Source: an uncultured Gammaproteobacteria bacterium
Lineage (GTDB): Bacteria; Patescibacteriota; Patescibacteriia; UBA2196; GWA2-42-15
Length of the DNA: 64,000 nucleotides
NCBI GenBank assembly: GCA_964573135.1
Contig: CAZNIO010000005.1
Coordinates: forward strand, 3,362-67,361
Reading direction: 5' to 3'
Part shown: one piece after another, positions 48,863 through 59,500 of the stretch
How positions within the stretch are numbered: position 1 is the stretch's first letter
How the letters are laid out: each line of letters begins with the position of its first letter
Notes under the pieces: generated by a model
The model's database searches: none
Told to the model about the DNA's origin: nothing
The model's input: only the letters and a program-made list of their open reading frames with translations
Position numbers and translations under genes: made by a program

Positions 48863-49921
48863 TTATTGACAGTCCTCTGCTCCACTAAACATAGCAACAT
48901 TAACCCACCCCCTTAACTCGCTCGGCCAATTACTCCTGCCATAATGCCAATGAATCTTATGTTTTGACATATCAACAGCACAATACTTGCCCGTCGGACA
49001 CCTCTCACTAATTGCTGATCCAGTTCTCTCGCCATCGTCATTAATAAAAAAATACATATCCCCACATTTAGAATCTGGAATTGGATCCGTGCCTCCCAAC
49101 TCTCTGGCTATAACACTGTAAGGAACAGCGAGCCCACCAATAGCAGCAATATTGAGTGTCCGTACGGGGGTAACAGTACCGTTTTTATCACGAAAACATA
49201 TATAGGGTGACATTGAATTAAACGGCGGTTTATATCCCTCACAAAACTGATCTTCTTTCTTAGGCTCTGTTTGTTCTAATAACATATATAACTTGCCACA
49301 CTCAGGGACTTCACCTTCGTCTAAATCTGGAATTAATTTTTGATTTTTTTTACAAAAACCAATAACATTTTGACTGCCCGTAAGCGTAATACTAGCTGGC
49401 TGCAACTTCAATTCAGTCAAAGCCGGATTAATCCATGATAATATACTATACGATCCAAGTGCTAATACTAATCCCATTATAGCTGATATTATAGTAGTTT
49501 TAGCTCCTGCTATCTTTTGAGCGTTACCAGCTGCAAGCAACCATTTAAAACCTCCCAGCATTATCATAACTACTGCTAACAATCCGACAACACCGATAAA
49601 CAAATTATATATACCTCTTATGTATTGAGGGAAGCCTGCTACGCAATGAGTCGTAACCGTCTTAACATCCATACCAGCCTTAGGCTTTTTATCAAAATTA
49701 TAATAATCAGCCAAACAACTGTAAGATGTAGATACTCCGGGTATACCAATTTGTAATTTTATCGGAGTAGGATCAAGGCAAGCTTTTGGCTTATTATTTA
49801 CACATTTACTCACTGCCAAAGCGTTATTTACCGAAAACGCACCAAAACCGACAAATACAATAATAGTTAAAAATAATGCCAATAGAATACGCACACTTAC
49901 TCTTTTCTTAACAATCTTCAT
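48863..49921 (-). CDS. Modular membrane protein, paralog 2 (same conserved core, different termini)
   Basis: See paralog 1. N-terminal signal anchor, Cys-rich N-terminal domain, identical core, distinct C-terminal Cys-containing domain. Confidence 0.55.
   Translation of the reverse strand: MKIVKKRVSVRILLALFLTIIVFVGFGAFSVNNALAVSKCVNNKPKACLDPTPIKLQIGIPGVSTSYSCLADYYNFDKKPKAGMDVKTVTTHCVAGFPQYIRGIYNLFIGVVGLLAVVMIMLGGFKWLLAAGNAQKIAGAKTTIISAIMGLVLALGSYSILSWINPALTELKLQPASITLTGSQNVIGFCKKNQKLIPDLDEGEVPECGKLYMLLEQTEPKKEDQFCEGYKPPFNSMSPYICFRDKNGTVTPVRTLNIAAIGGLAVPYSVIARELGGTDPIPDSKCGDMYFFINDDGERTGSAISERCPTGKYCAVDMSKHKIHWHYGRSNWPSELRGWVNVAMFSGAEDCQ
49241..49649. repeat. Direct repeat copy B
   Basis: See copy A. 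A few substitutions and a 1-bp indel in the first ~140 bp, then perfect identity. Confidence 0.9.
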
Positions 49922-50007
49922 GAATATATAATAATTCGTTGATAATAAAATTTATTTATCCTACCTCTTGCCAAAGCCGATAAGGCCATTCAAATAATCC
50001 CTCTGTT

Positions 50008-53000
50008 TTACCTCACAACAATCTCTATCTCATCACTAGTAAGTTCATTACCCCCGTGGTCAGTAATAGTTAATGACGCGAAATAAATACCAGCCAATGG
50101 ATAACTATGTGTTCTCAAAATATGACTATCAATATCATCAGCAATAGTAGTTTCATAAGAATCATTATCACCAAAATCCAAAAAAACAAGCATTGGATAT
50201 TCACCCACTGAAACAAACACATCTGCGTCAAAATTAACAGTTAAAGGCGCTACTCCAAGTATAGGACTAGCAACAAAATCCTGAATAACCAATCCATTAT
50301 CAGGTATAACTGGTAGTATAACGGGTGGTTGATTTGCAGCCCTTATAACCAAAGTTACAGGTATTGTTGCAGTTCCTCCATTACTTAAAATCCGTAATTC
50401 ACCAGAATGATTACCAACAGACATTCCCGATATTCCTGCAACTGTTACTACTATTGGTTCGTCGTCTTTCCCGCCCATCGGATCAATCGTCATCCACGCC
50501 ACATCTTCTCTAACAGACCAGACCAAGACTCCTTCGCCATTGTTGGATATATTAATTATCTGATCGTTATCATCTACAGCCCCATCATTGATGGCTGTAA
50601 AAACCAACTCACTTTGGTCAAGGCTTAAAATAGGAGGGTTCTCAATGGCCCTTTTTTCCTTATAAACCACAACTCTCATCAGTGGCTCATGCCACTCATC
50701 CCTGCCCTGCCCCCAATTATCTTCAAGCTGAATTCTTATATTAAACTCACATTTACCAAGAGTATCATCACAAGCCGGATCACTCGCATCATATTTATAA
50801 TGATGCACTAAAATATGAGGATTACTCATATCGCGCCCAGCAATTCTAAGCCCAGCCTCTGTAGATTTTTCATCGTCTCCCCAATCAACTGTATATCGTA
50901 CCAAAGGAATTTGATTAGGATTAACAAATGAATCAAATTTGAGCACTGCAGTACCCTCAATAAATATGGTTCTATCTAAAAAATTACTATTATTAATTAA
51001 AATATTTTTAACCTGGGGCGGACTGCCATAATAGTCAGTTAAGTCATAATTATCCCTATTATTCATCTTCACATACCGATATCTGTGTATACCACTGGTG
51101 TTATCAAATTTCCACTCCCAAACATCAAATGATTTAGCAAATATCTTACTCAAATTATATTCACCCTTAGATAAATTCATCGGTCTTAACACGAGATCAG
51201 TATTAATTAAATCATTGCCACCCTGCCCCACGACCAAACTATTTAGCTTGTCAAATTCGTCATCCTCAGAAATATCATTAAAATACACTTGGGAAGCACT
51301 AATACCAACACATAATCCATACTTGCCAGTCACTATGTCCAGCTCGCAATCTTCTCTTCCATTTCGACAAGGCTGTCCAATTTTTGATCCTGAAACACAA
51401 GTAGCTGGACCAAAAAACTCAGGTGGTGGATTAGATAAGCTATATTTTTCACAAACGCTTGTAACACAATTACCCCTTATTAAACCATAAGCCCCACCTG
51501 CTCGTGGCTGATAAGGGCTCACTTCCCCCATTGTCTTATCAGCTGGCTCTACATAAATAGCGCTTGTCCATATTGACGGATCCTCAACAGGATCTGGCGG
51601 AATAATTGAACCAAATAGCATATAGTCATCACCTTTGGTATAACCCACCCATGATGGATCGTCAACATTCCCAGAATTCAATCTCTTCAGCCACGCCGCA
51701 TTAAAACCATCTAAATCAACCACTTGAGCAATTTTTAAACAAGGCTCGCTTAAATAAAAAGTTAAACTTAAGGTAGCTTTATCTGTCCCGTCACCTGAAT
51801 CTGATGGATCATCACACTCTTTAAAATAAATTTCATATAAATCCCCGGTATCTTCATAAAAACTTAATTTCATTCCCAAAAAATTACCTATCTTGCCATC
51901 ATTATCATTACCGCAATCCAGATAAGTATCACTAAATATATCTTCACCCTCTCTCTCTCCTTCATTATATTGAAAAACCCAAGTGTTACCCTCCCAAAAA
52001 TAACCTGTATACCCCATTTTATTTGATTCGCCACCTCTTGGAGCAGTTTCATTCATGCCTAAAGGCCCATCACTCTTGGCGTTCAACAAGCTCCCGCTCA
52101 AATTCCATTGGCTACCACTGCCATTAGTATGTAACCTAACTCCCAATATTTCACTCCGGTTCAACCTAGACCCATCAAAATTCCAAAATATATAGCTAGC
52201 TTCTCCAACATTACGATCCATAATTGTAACGGGATACTCATAAGTCACCCTATACTCTCCAGATTCATAAGGAGAAATATATGACTGTCTATCTTCTGTC
52301 TCCAAAATATTATTATCACTTTCTCTTCTACTTACCCACTCACACCCAGACTTAGTGTTACACACCTCTCGGGTTTTATTTCCCCCACACGTCATCTGTG
52401 GCGAACACGCCCCTAAGTCAACATTCTCCCTCTTGTAATTCCCAGCTGCTTCGAGACAATAGTATAATGGTTTTCTACCTGTATACCCAGCTACATCATC
52501 CACTCCAAAAACATTAGATTCACCTCGTACCACATCTACCGGCCACCACTGTAAACACATTGGCTGACTGGTATATTGTCTATCTGTCCATCCTGGATCA
52601 GGCTCCACGCAATAACCTTTCCACCCTTTATAATCTTTACCCTCATCTTCATCATAATAGTCGCATGCCGGTGCATTTTCACGCGGATAAAGACGACAAG
52701 AACGGGAAATAAAATTTAAATCATCTCCAATTTGTAAAGCACCTTTCATCGATACATTATCAAGATAAAAGGTATCCATATTTGCCTTAATATCACCACT
52801 TACAAAAGCAACGTTTAATTTATTCAAATTACTGCTCCCGCCATAGTCCACAGGTCCGTTCACTCGCATAATAAATTCCTGCCAATATGGCTCCAGCCTC
52901 ACCTTTTTCTTTACTGGGCTTACCAACGGATCTATTTCATTAAAATCATAATAAGTAAAAGGTATATAACCACCTGTTCCACCATCTCTATCCGGTGCCA

Positions 53001-55905
53001 ATTCTACTATAATATCCTGCCCATCCCAATTATCAGTTCGTGCCCTAAAACTAATAATATAATCCTTGCCAGCCTTAACCTCTTTAGCCAAACCCGTGAG
53101 CACAACACCTGGAAATGGCTGATCCTTATCAAGATCAACTTGCAATACTCGATTAGAAGTATTTCTTTCATCAATCACATTTAAAATATACTTATCAATA
53201 TTATTATAAGCTGACCATGGTCTAGTAGTACCATCTTCAAAATTAAAATTAGCAATATTAACTGGTACACCAGCTTCTGTCATACTACTATATGGATAAT
53301 TCCCCCGTATTTTAGCTTCAACACACTGGCCTTCGCCACACACGCTCTTGACTGATTGGCACGTCTCTAAACGGCAATCTCGATTAGAGGTACACGCTCC
53401 ATGACTGATGACACCCCCGCAATAACCACAAATTGATCCAGTATTACTACATCGATATCCCCAATCTAACCCCGCCTTAGAATAACCAGATAAATTAGCG
53501 ATGGATTCTGCATCGCCAGGATGCTGACGGGTTAGCTCGTTAGTTGATGAGTCAACACTATGTGCACAACCACCAGCCTCATCTAGTTCATCACACAATC
53601 CAACAGAAAAACACACTTCTTCATTACCTGGCTTTTGTCCCACTTGAAAAATTTCTGTATTCTGTCTTGGCACTTCAACATAAGCATTACAATATAGCCA
53701 CGTGTCACACGTCCTATCAGGATCAACCCGTAAAATAATATTAGAGTCCGGCGAAGATAACTCATCATCAGTTGTAAAAGTTAATACCTTAAAATCACAA
53801 GTAGCAGAAGAGGAGCATCCACCGCCAGCAGTCCGGTTTAGAGTCTCTTTTGTGGTATGCGAACTTATAACAACCCTATAATCTGTATCATCTAAAAGAC
53901 CTGTTAGTTTTACCTCGTGTCCTGATACTAACTCTGCCTTTTTTATCTCCGCATATTCTCCACCTGAAGGCCTATAATAAACAACAGTATTTGATAATCC
54001 ATTTTTGTTTATACCCTTTCTTGTCCACCATGAAACCACCGCACTATTAGCCTTAATTTTACTTTTAGGAACAATATGATCATAAATCTCCAACTTATCA
54101 ATTTGTACCGCTGTAAATTCACCACTCACAGGCGGAGTCAAGGATGTGAGCCCAGAACCACTAGCTCCATTACATATAATAGTATAATTATAAGCCTGAC
54201 CGGACGTTAACCCAATTACCTTATAACTATGAACTGTACTTGCGCTACTATCAATTGAAGGCGCTACCTGTCCACCCACCACATTCAATCTACAAATAGC
54301 ATCTAAGTTCGTCGAAAAACCGGCAGTGGCTGCTGTCTCACTTACTGTTATGTTTACCTGTCCATCTATAACTATCTCTTTTTTAATAATTTTATATATT
54401 CCTTCACCTTTACTAGAAATCAGCACTACATCATTACCGCTCTTTATTTGCGTACCATTCTCAAAAGTTATTTTAGTTGAATCAATTTCCACAAATTTCG
54501 CTCCAAAATCCATATCAGCCAATTTAACTTCCCCTGTTCCCCCTGTATATCCTCGTAATTTAATAGTTACTTTTCCACTACCAGCACTTTCCTCCGCAAC
54601 GCTATTAGCAATACTACTATTTACATCTAATCTATTATCACTCATGCTCCAGTGGCTATTAGTATAATCTAAAACCACATCAATATCTGTTACATTTGAA
54701 TTATTATTATTCAAAATTAATTCAATAGGTAAAGTTGTCCCAGCATTTACCGTCACCCGCGAAGGTGAAAGTAAAAGTGCTGCCGTACCAGGTGGCGGAG
54801 TAAAACAGTCTCGCGTACAACATCTATGAATTTCACTTAACCACATACTGCCAGGACACATCTCGTCTTGACTACAAATTTTTTCAGATGCACAAGTTAA
54901 ACACGCTTCCTCACAACACTCATTTATCTCATCCATCCAATTATTCTCAGGGCACAATTCATTCTGATCACATATATTATCTACAGAACATACAAAACAC
55001 GTCTGTCCACAACACCTAGTTGCTTCATCTAACCAAGTATTTACAGGGCACAATTCATTTTGCGCACAAACGTCTCCTGTGCAAACCACAGGTGGCTCAC
55101 AAGCCACCGCGCAACACCTCGTAGTCTCGTCCTCCCAATTATTACAAGTCTCCACCGAATTACACAACTCTCCGGAACAACCCTCCTCGCCTCCACCGCC
55201 GCCTCCCCCATCACAACTCAAGGTGATATCATAATTACCACCGCTACCGTCCACGGAATAATCCACACCTAATACAATCCCAGTCTCTTCCATGCCGAAA
55301 CCAGATGTCTGCTCCGACGCATCCCCTGATTGATTACCAAAAAACCTCATTTGAGTACTGCCACTCGCGCTTGGAGCCACTGTCACATTTAAAATTGCTA
55401 ACAACCTATTATCCTCATTCAGAGGTGACGAGGAAGCGCGTACTACCTGAATCAATCCCGCACCATCATCCACGAATTCAAGCGCATCTCCTCCTATACC
55501 ATAATGAGACAAACTACTATCAATAGATATATTACTAAATTTAGATGAGTCGTATGATATAAAAGAACCAGCAGTTATCACACCAAAACCATTCTGATTT
55601 GAATGATTAGCCGGATTAACATCTGTCATAATCCTAATAGAATAAGTTTGCCCACACTTCATCGTTCTATCCTCAATCTCCTGCCCCATCCCATCAGTTA
55701 ACCTCATCACTGGATCGCCAGATACAGCCAAAGCAAAAATTAATCCTAAAGCAAGCACTATTACCAACAAGGGCAACATAAAATATATCACCTTCTTTTT
55801 AGGAGACATCCATTTTATTTTCTGTTTCAACCTAAACCACCTTGAAGTCTTATATACCTCAAGGCTCTCAGGTGTTTGGCTATTCACATCGTTAACCTCT
55901 GGCAT
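50008..55905 (-). CDS. Giant (1965 aa) membrane-anchored surface protein: cohesin-like N-terminal domain, four tandem Cys-rich ~33-aa modules, Ig-like/beta-rich regions, C-terminal PKD-like domain
   Basis: N-terminal TM anchor. Poly-Gly then modules CxxxxCxxxELCPxNxWxDExxxCCxxxC repeated four times (aa ~265-370; DNA ~54798-55113). C-terminal ...FGDNDSYETT...THSYPLAGIYFASLTITDHGGNELTSDEIEIVV resembles PKD. Confidence 0.7.
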   Translation of the reverse strand: MPEVNDVNSQTPESLEVYKTSRWFRLKQKIKWMSPKKKVIYFMLPLLVIVLALGLIFALAVSGDPVMRLTDGMGQEIEDRTMKCGQTYSIRIMTDVNPANHSNQNGFGVITAGSFISYDSSKFSNISIDSSLSHYGIGGDALEFVDDGAGLIQVVRASSSPLNEDNRLLAILNVTVAPSASGSTQMRFFGNQSGDASEQTSGFGMEETGIVLGVDYSVDGSGGNYDITLSCDGGGGGGGEEGCSGELCNSVETCNNWEDETTRCCAVACEPPVVCTGDVCAQNELCPVNTWLDEATRCCGQTCFVCSVDNICDQNELCPENNWMDEINECCEEACLTCASEKICSQDEMCPGSMWLSEIHRCCTRDCFTPPPGTAALLLSPSRVTVNAGTTLPIELILNNNNSNVTDIDVVLDYTNSHWSMSDNRLDVNSSIANSVAEESAGSGKVTIKLRGYTGGTGEVKLADMDFGAKFVEIDSTKITFENGTQIKSGNDVVLISSKGEGIYKIIKKEIVIDGQVNITVSETAATAGFSTNLDAICRLNVVGGQVAPSIDSSASTVHSYKVIGLTSGQAYNYTIICNGASGSGLTSLTPPVSGEFTAVQIDKLEIYDHIVPKSKIKANSAVVSWWTRKGINKNGLSNTVVYYRPSGGEYAEIKKAELVSGHEVKLTGLLDDTDYRVVISSHTTKETLNRTAGGGCSSSATCDFKVLTFTTDDELSSPDSNIILRVDPDRTCDTWLYCNAYVEVPRQNTEIFQVGQKPGNEEVCFSVGLCDELDEAGGCAHSVDSSTNELTRQHPGDAESIANLSGYSKAGLDWGYRCSNTGSICGYCGGVISHGACTSNRDCRLETCQSVKSVCGEGQCVEAKIRGNYPYSSMTEAGVPVNIANFNFEDGTTRPWSAYNNIDKYILNVIDERNTSNRVLQVDLDKDQPFPGVVLTGLAKEVKAGKDYIISFRARTDNWDGQDIIVELAPDRDGGTGGYIPFTYYDFNEIDPLVSPVKKKVRLEPYWQEFIMRVNGPVDYGGSSNLNKLNVAFVSGDIKANMDTFYLDNVSMKGALQIGDDLNFISRSCRLYPRENAPACDYYDEDEGKDYKGWKGYCVEPDPGWTDRQYTSQPMCLQWWPVDVVRGESNVFGVDDVAGYTGRKPLYYCLEAAGNYKRENVDLGACSPQMTCGGNKTREVCNTKSGCEWVSRRESDNNILETEDRQSYISPYESGEYRVTYEYPVTIMDRNVGEASYIFWNFDGSRLNRSEILGVRLHTNGSGSQWNLSGSLLNAKSDGPLGMNETAPRGGESNKMGYTGYFWEGNTWVFQYNEGEREGEDIFSDTYLDCGNDNDGKIGNFLGMKLSFYEDTGDLYEIYFKECDDPSDSGDGTDKATLSLTFYLSEPCLKIAQVVDLDGFNAAWLKRLNSGNVDDPSWVGYTKGDDYMLFGSIIPPDPVEDPSIWTSAIYVEPADKTMGEVSPYQPRAGGAYGLIRGNCVTSVCEKYSLSNPPPEFFGPATCVSGSKIGQPCRNGREDCELDIVTGKYGLCVGISASQVYFNDISEDDEFDKLNSLVVGQGGNDLINTDLVLRPMNLSKGEYNLSKIFAKSFDVWEWKFDNTSGIHRYRYVKMNNRDNYDLTDYYGSPPQVKNILINNSNFLDRTIFIEGTAVLKFDSFVNPNQIPLVRYTVDWGDDEKSTEAGLRIAGRDMSNPHILVHHYKYDASDPACDDTLGKCEFNIRIQLEDNWGQGRDEWHEPLMRVVVYKEKRAIENPPILSLDQSELVFTAINDGAVDDNDQIINISNNGEGVLVWSVREDVAWMTIDPMGGKDDEPIVVTVAGISGMSVGNHSGELRILSNGGTATIPVTLVIRAANQPPVILPVIPDNGLVIQDFVASPILGVAPLTVNFDADVFVSVGEYPMLVFLDFGDNDSYETTIADDIDSHILRTHSYPLAGIYFASLTITDHGGNELTSDEIEIVVR

Positions 55906-55911
55906 AGTTGC

Positions 55912-56544
55912 CTAATTAATTAAAAAATTTAAATCCATTAAGTCAAGATTCATCAAAGTTGCCTGCCCATCATCAACTGCCACTTGAGTCTCCTGATTAT
56001 CAAGCCAGACTCTTGCCTCACCAGATTCTAGAGCGCGTAAAACAACGCTACTCAAAATACCATCACTCCCAGTATATCCGTCATCACTATCATCCACGTT
56101 ATTATCCCCTGGCTCACCTCTCACAATCTCCACATACCCATCTTCTTTGTTCTCAATGGCTCCAATAGATAAAACTGAATTTTCACTGTCCACTTCAACT
56201 ACCTCCCATTTACTCTTATCGTAATTTAATCTAATATTAACCGCTACTATATTTGTACCCAAAGTATCAAGCAAAACATTAGCTACTATCTCATCCCCAA
56301 CCTTCACTTCATTAACCATCGACTCTAAGTACATTTTACCCGCATAATCGCCAACTGGCTCTTGCTTATCATCAACTACAACTACCTCTACCTCTTCTTG
56401 CGGTTTATTAAAAATTAATATACCACCGATAACAATCAGGATAATAAGGACAATCAAACCAGGAATCCATACCTTTTTATTCTTCAACATGCCACAGCAC
56501 TTCTTCTCCTCCACTTCCCCCTCTTTTTTTTCTAAATTTTCCAT
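55912..56544 (-). CDS. Membrane-anchored cohesin-like domain protein (tentative)
   Basis: N-terminal TM. Beta-rich domain VKVGDEIVANVLLDTLGTNIVAVNIRLNYDKSKWEVVEVD resembling cohesin type folds. Confidence 0.4.
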   Translation of the reverse strand: MENLEKKEGEVEEKKCCGMLKNKKVWIPGLIVLIILIVIGGILIFNKPQEEVEVVVVDDKQEPVGDYAGKMYLESMVNEVKVGDEIVANVLLDTLGTNIVAVNIRLNYDKSKWEVVEVDSENSVLSIGAIENKEDGYVEIVRGEPGDNNVDDSDDGYTGSDGILSSVVLRALESGEARVWLDNQETQVAVDDGQATLMNLDLMDLNFLIN

Positions 56545-56566
56545 ATAATTATATATTAATTAAAAA

Positions 56567-59500
56567 TTAATTTGCTATCGGCATTGGCACGTTATAGCTG
56601 CAAATACCACTCAATTGACGATTAAATACCTTACAATCATTAATTGTCCGACAAGTCCTCCCCCATATATTACTACAAGTATTTGTCTTTGAATTGCAAC
56701 TACCAGTCTCGCCAGAAGCCACACAGTCACTATCCATCTCACACGGCTGATAAGGCGAAATAAAATTAGAACAATGCTTAGTACTAAAATATTTAAAATC
56801 TCCTCCGCCAACTTCATTAAATGGCAAACATCCTTTGCTTGGATCAACAGTGGTACAAGTATCCAGCGTATTGCTTAGATAATAATAATAATCGCAATAA
56901 GGATCCACGCCATATTCTCCATAAACAGATAATTTATCACATCCCTTAGGTCTTGAACGATCTTGAAATTCAGTACACGTATCCTGACCTACAGGGCAAG
57001 TGGCCGTCCAGCCACTGCATAATCCAGGAGAAGTTCCACGCGCATAATCTGCACACTCATCATTGCTTGAACACACATTCTCATTTACTCCCCCCAAATT
57101 ATTATTTGGCATACTTCTACCGCCCATGCAGTACCCTTCTTCACCGCCAAATACAAAGGGACAAAATTCAAGAGTTCCTATCTTATACCATGCATAACTA
57201 TTGTTATCATCTTTCTTGTACTCACACTCTTTACCATGAGGGTCTTCAAAATATTCCAATGCTCCAGAACTATCCATAAATTCATCACACCACATCTTAT
57301 CTGATGTGCATAAAGGACTTCCAGGAGTAGAAAAATCGTCTGGATCAACTATCATATATTTTGTTTCATAACTTATATAGCCGCTCAAACCAGAAACATC
57401 TGGCCACATCATACCAAGGGACATGCACCCATTGGTCGTACATTTCTTGCTTTCATCATAAACAATATATTCCAAAGAATCAGCTAAAACTGTAACTAAA
57501 CCATATGTTTCCCCTTCATGATTACTAGAATTTTTTGTATCAATCATTGGCTCACATCCGACCACCTCATCTCTGCATAATCCATCAAATGATTTTAGAT
57601 AAACTTCTCTATTTCTCATATCCTTATATTTCTCACAACCCACCATAGATCCTTCTGCTGGCTCATCACACGAGTCAGGCGTAACCCACGAATCACGAAT
57701 TAAATACAGGCTATCTTGAGTTTCAGTTAAGACAATGTTGTCGATATAAAATCCACTACCAGAATCAAGCATAATAGATAAAAGTTCTTTGCCCATCAAG
57801 TCTCTATCCAAGCTCTTTATATCAAACATATAGAATCCCCAATCTTCAGTTAAACTCACATCAGTTGACCCTTCAAATTCAGGATTACCAGTAAAAGAAA
57901 CTTCGCTAATTACTGCCGCTGTCTCAGCTCGTGCCCAAAATGATATTCTGTATGCTCGTCCCTGCTCTATAGCTCCAGTCACGTCTTTGGCAATACCATA
58001 AGTTGAAAACAAAGAATGACCACCCACTATTAAAGAGGTATTATCAGGCGTTCCGCCCTCCCAGTCTTGCTTAGTACCGTCTTCAAAATCATCATACAAT
58101 AAATTCGTCGTATTATTGCTCTTACTTCCCTTGTATTCTCGACAACCAACCGATCTAGCACCACACGTATCGCTTTGAGATAAAATAGCAGCATAATATG
58201 TCTGATCCTCTGTTCTGCGTAACAAAGTACAATCCTTAGAAGCAAAAACCACTTTTGACTGCTCAATCTTATACTTACTACCGCTTAAATCAGTAAACTC
58301 AATGCATTCTGGACTATAATCAATATCACCCACATTAGTTGAACAGCTATCAATACTTGTATCAGCACAAGTCACCTCGCCATTTGCCGTCGTTATTGGA
58401 TTTGTACATGGAGCATCACCCAAATTAGATTTAAGCAAAGACCAACTACGTAATCTATTTCCTCCCACTTTTTCCGTTGACTCCCAAGTATAATAGACGC
58501 TCACTCCAGATTCACCTGGACCCACACATGCTCGCAAATATGAATAATTTTCTATTCGTTCTCCCTCAATTCCCTCTGATAAATTAGTAAATTCTTCACA
58601 CCCCACATCAGCTGCCGGACAAGTCGAAGCCGTTGTATCAATTAAATTAACAAATTCATCAGTTGCCTCTGGTGGATCAAAAAATGTAGTTTTCTCAACA
58701 TATGTCTTATACCCAACACATTCACCGGGACACTTGTCGTCTTCTACCACAACTCCAGGCACGTCTGGACCCAAATATGATATTGGTTTATAAAACTCAC
58801 AATTAGCATCGCTTGAATTACAATACAAAGCATAACTTGCACACTCAAGAACCCCACTCTCCACACATGCCTGTATATCCTCACGCCACAAATAACCTGC
58901 CATCTGACAACCCTCTTCATCCTGCGCAACACCCTCAGCAACATCAGTAAATCCCTGGCAACTCAAATAGCTAGGAGCTTTACGCAAATTAATAGGATAA
59001 ACGGACTCATAAACTTCAATAGCACTAAATGTACCGGCCACTACTGCATCTAGATCAGCTTGTGACCCTATCCTATAAAATAAGCTACATCCTTCTTCCT
59101 CGGGAGAGCACTCCTTATCACTTGCATTTCGATTTAAATACTTTCTTTCGTTGTTTGGATCATCGCAACCCCACCCTCCATTATCCACATCAAAATAAGC
59201 ACAATATTCACGACACCCGGCATTAGAAGCATCACACGCCCCATCACTTCTACCCCGCAGAGTATTTGTTAAATAATTAACCTGTCCCCCAGCTCTTGTA
59301 GTAAATGATTTACATGTGTTATAAACCGCTGAACATTCTGTACCGTGTATATCCCAAACTGATTTTTCCTCAACACAATAACCATAGAAATCACATCGAG
59401 AACCATCTGCACTTTCCTTAATACAAGCCCTCTCATCAGCACAATACTCAGAGTTCCTATACACTACCATTTTGTCCTCATCGCGAGGATCGACATGAGT

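Noticed and set aside
47760-55905. Diversity-generating retroelement (DGR) as an explanation for the variable paralogs and giant proteins
   Set aside because: No reverse transcriptase ORF, no template-repeat/variable-repeat pair with adenine-specific mismatches. The repeat is a long near-identical block, more consistent with gene conversion.
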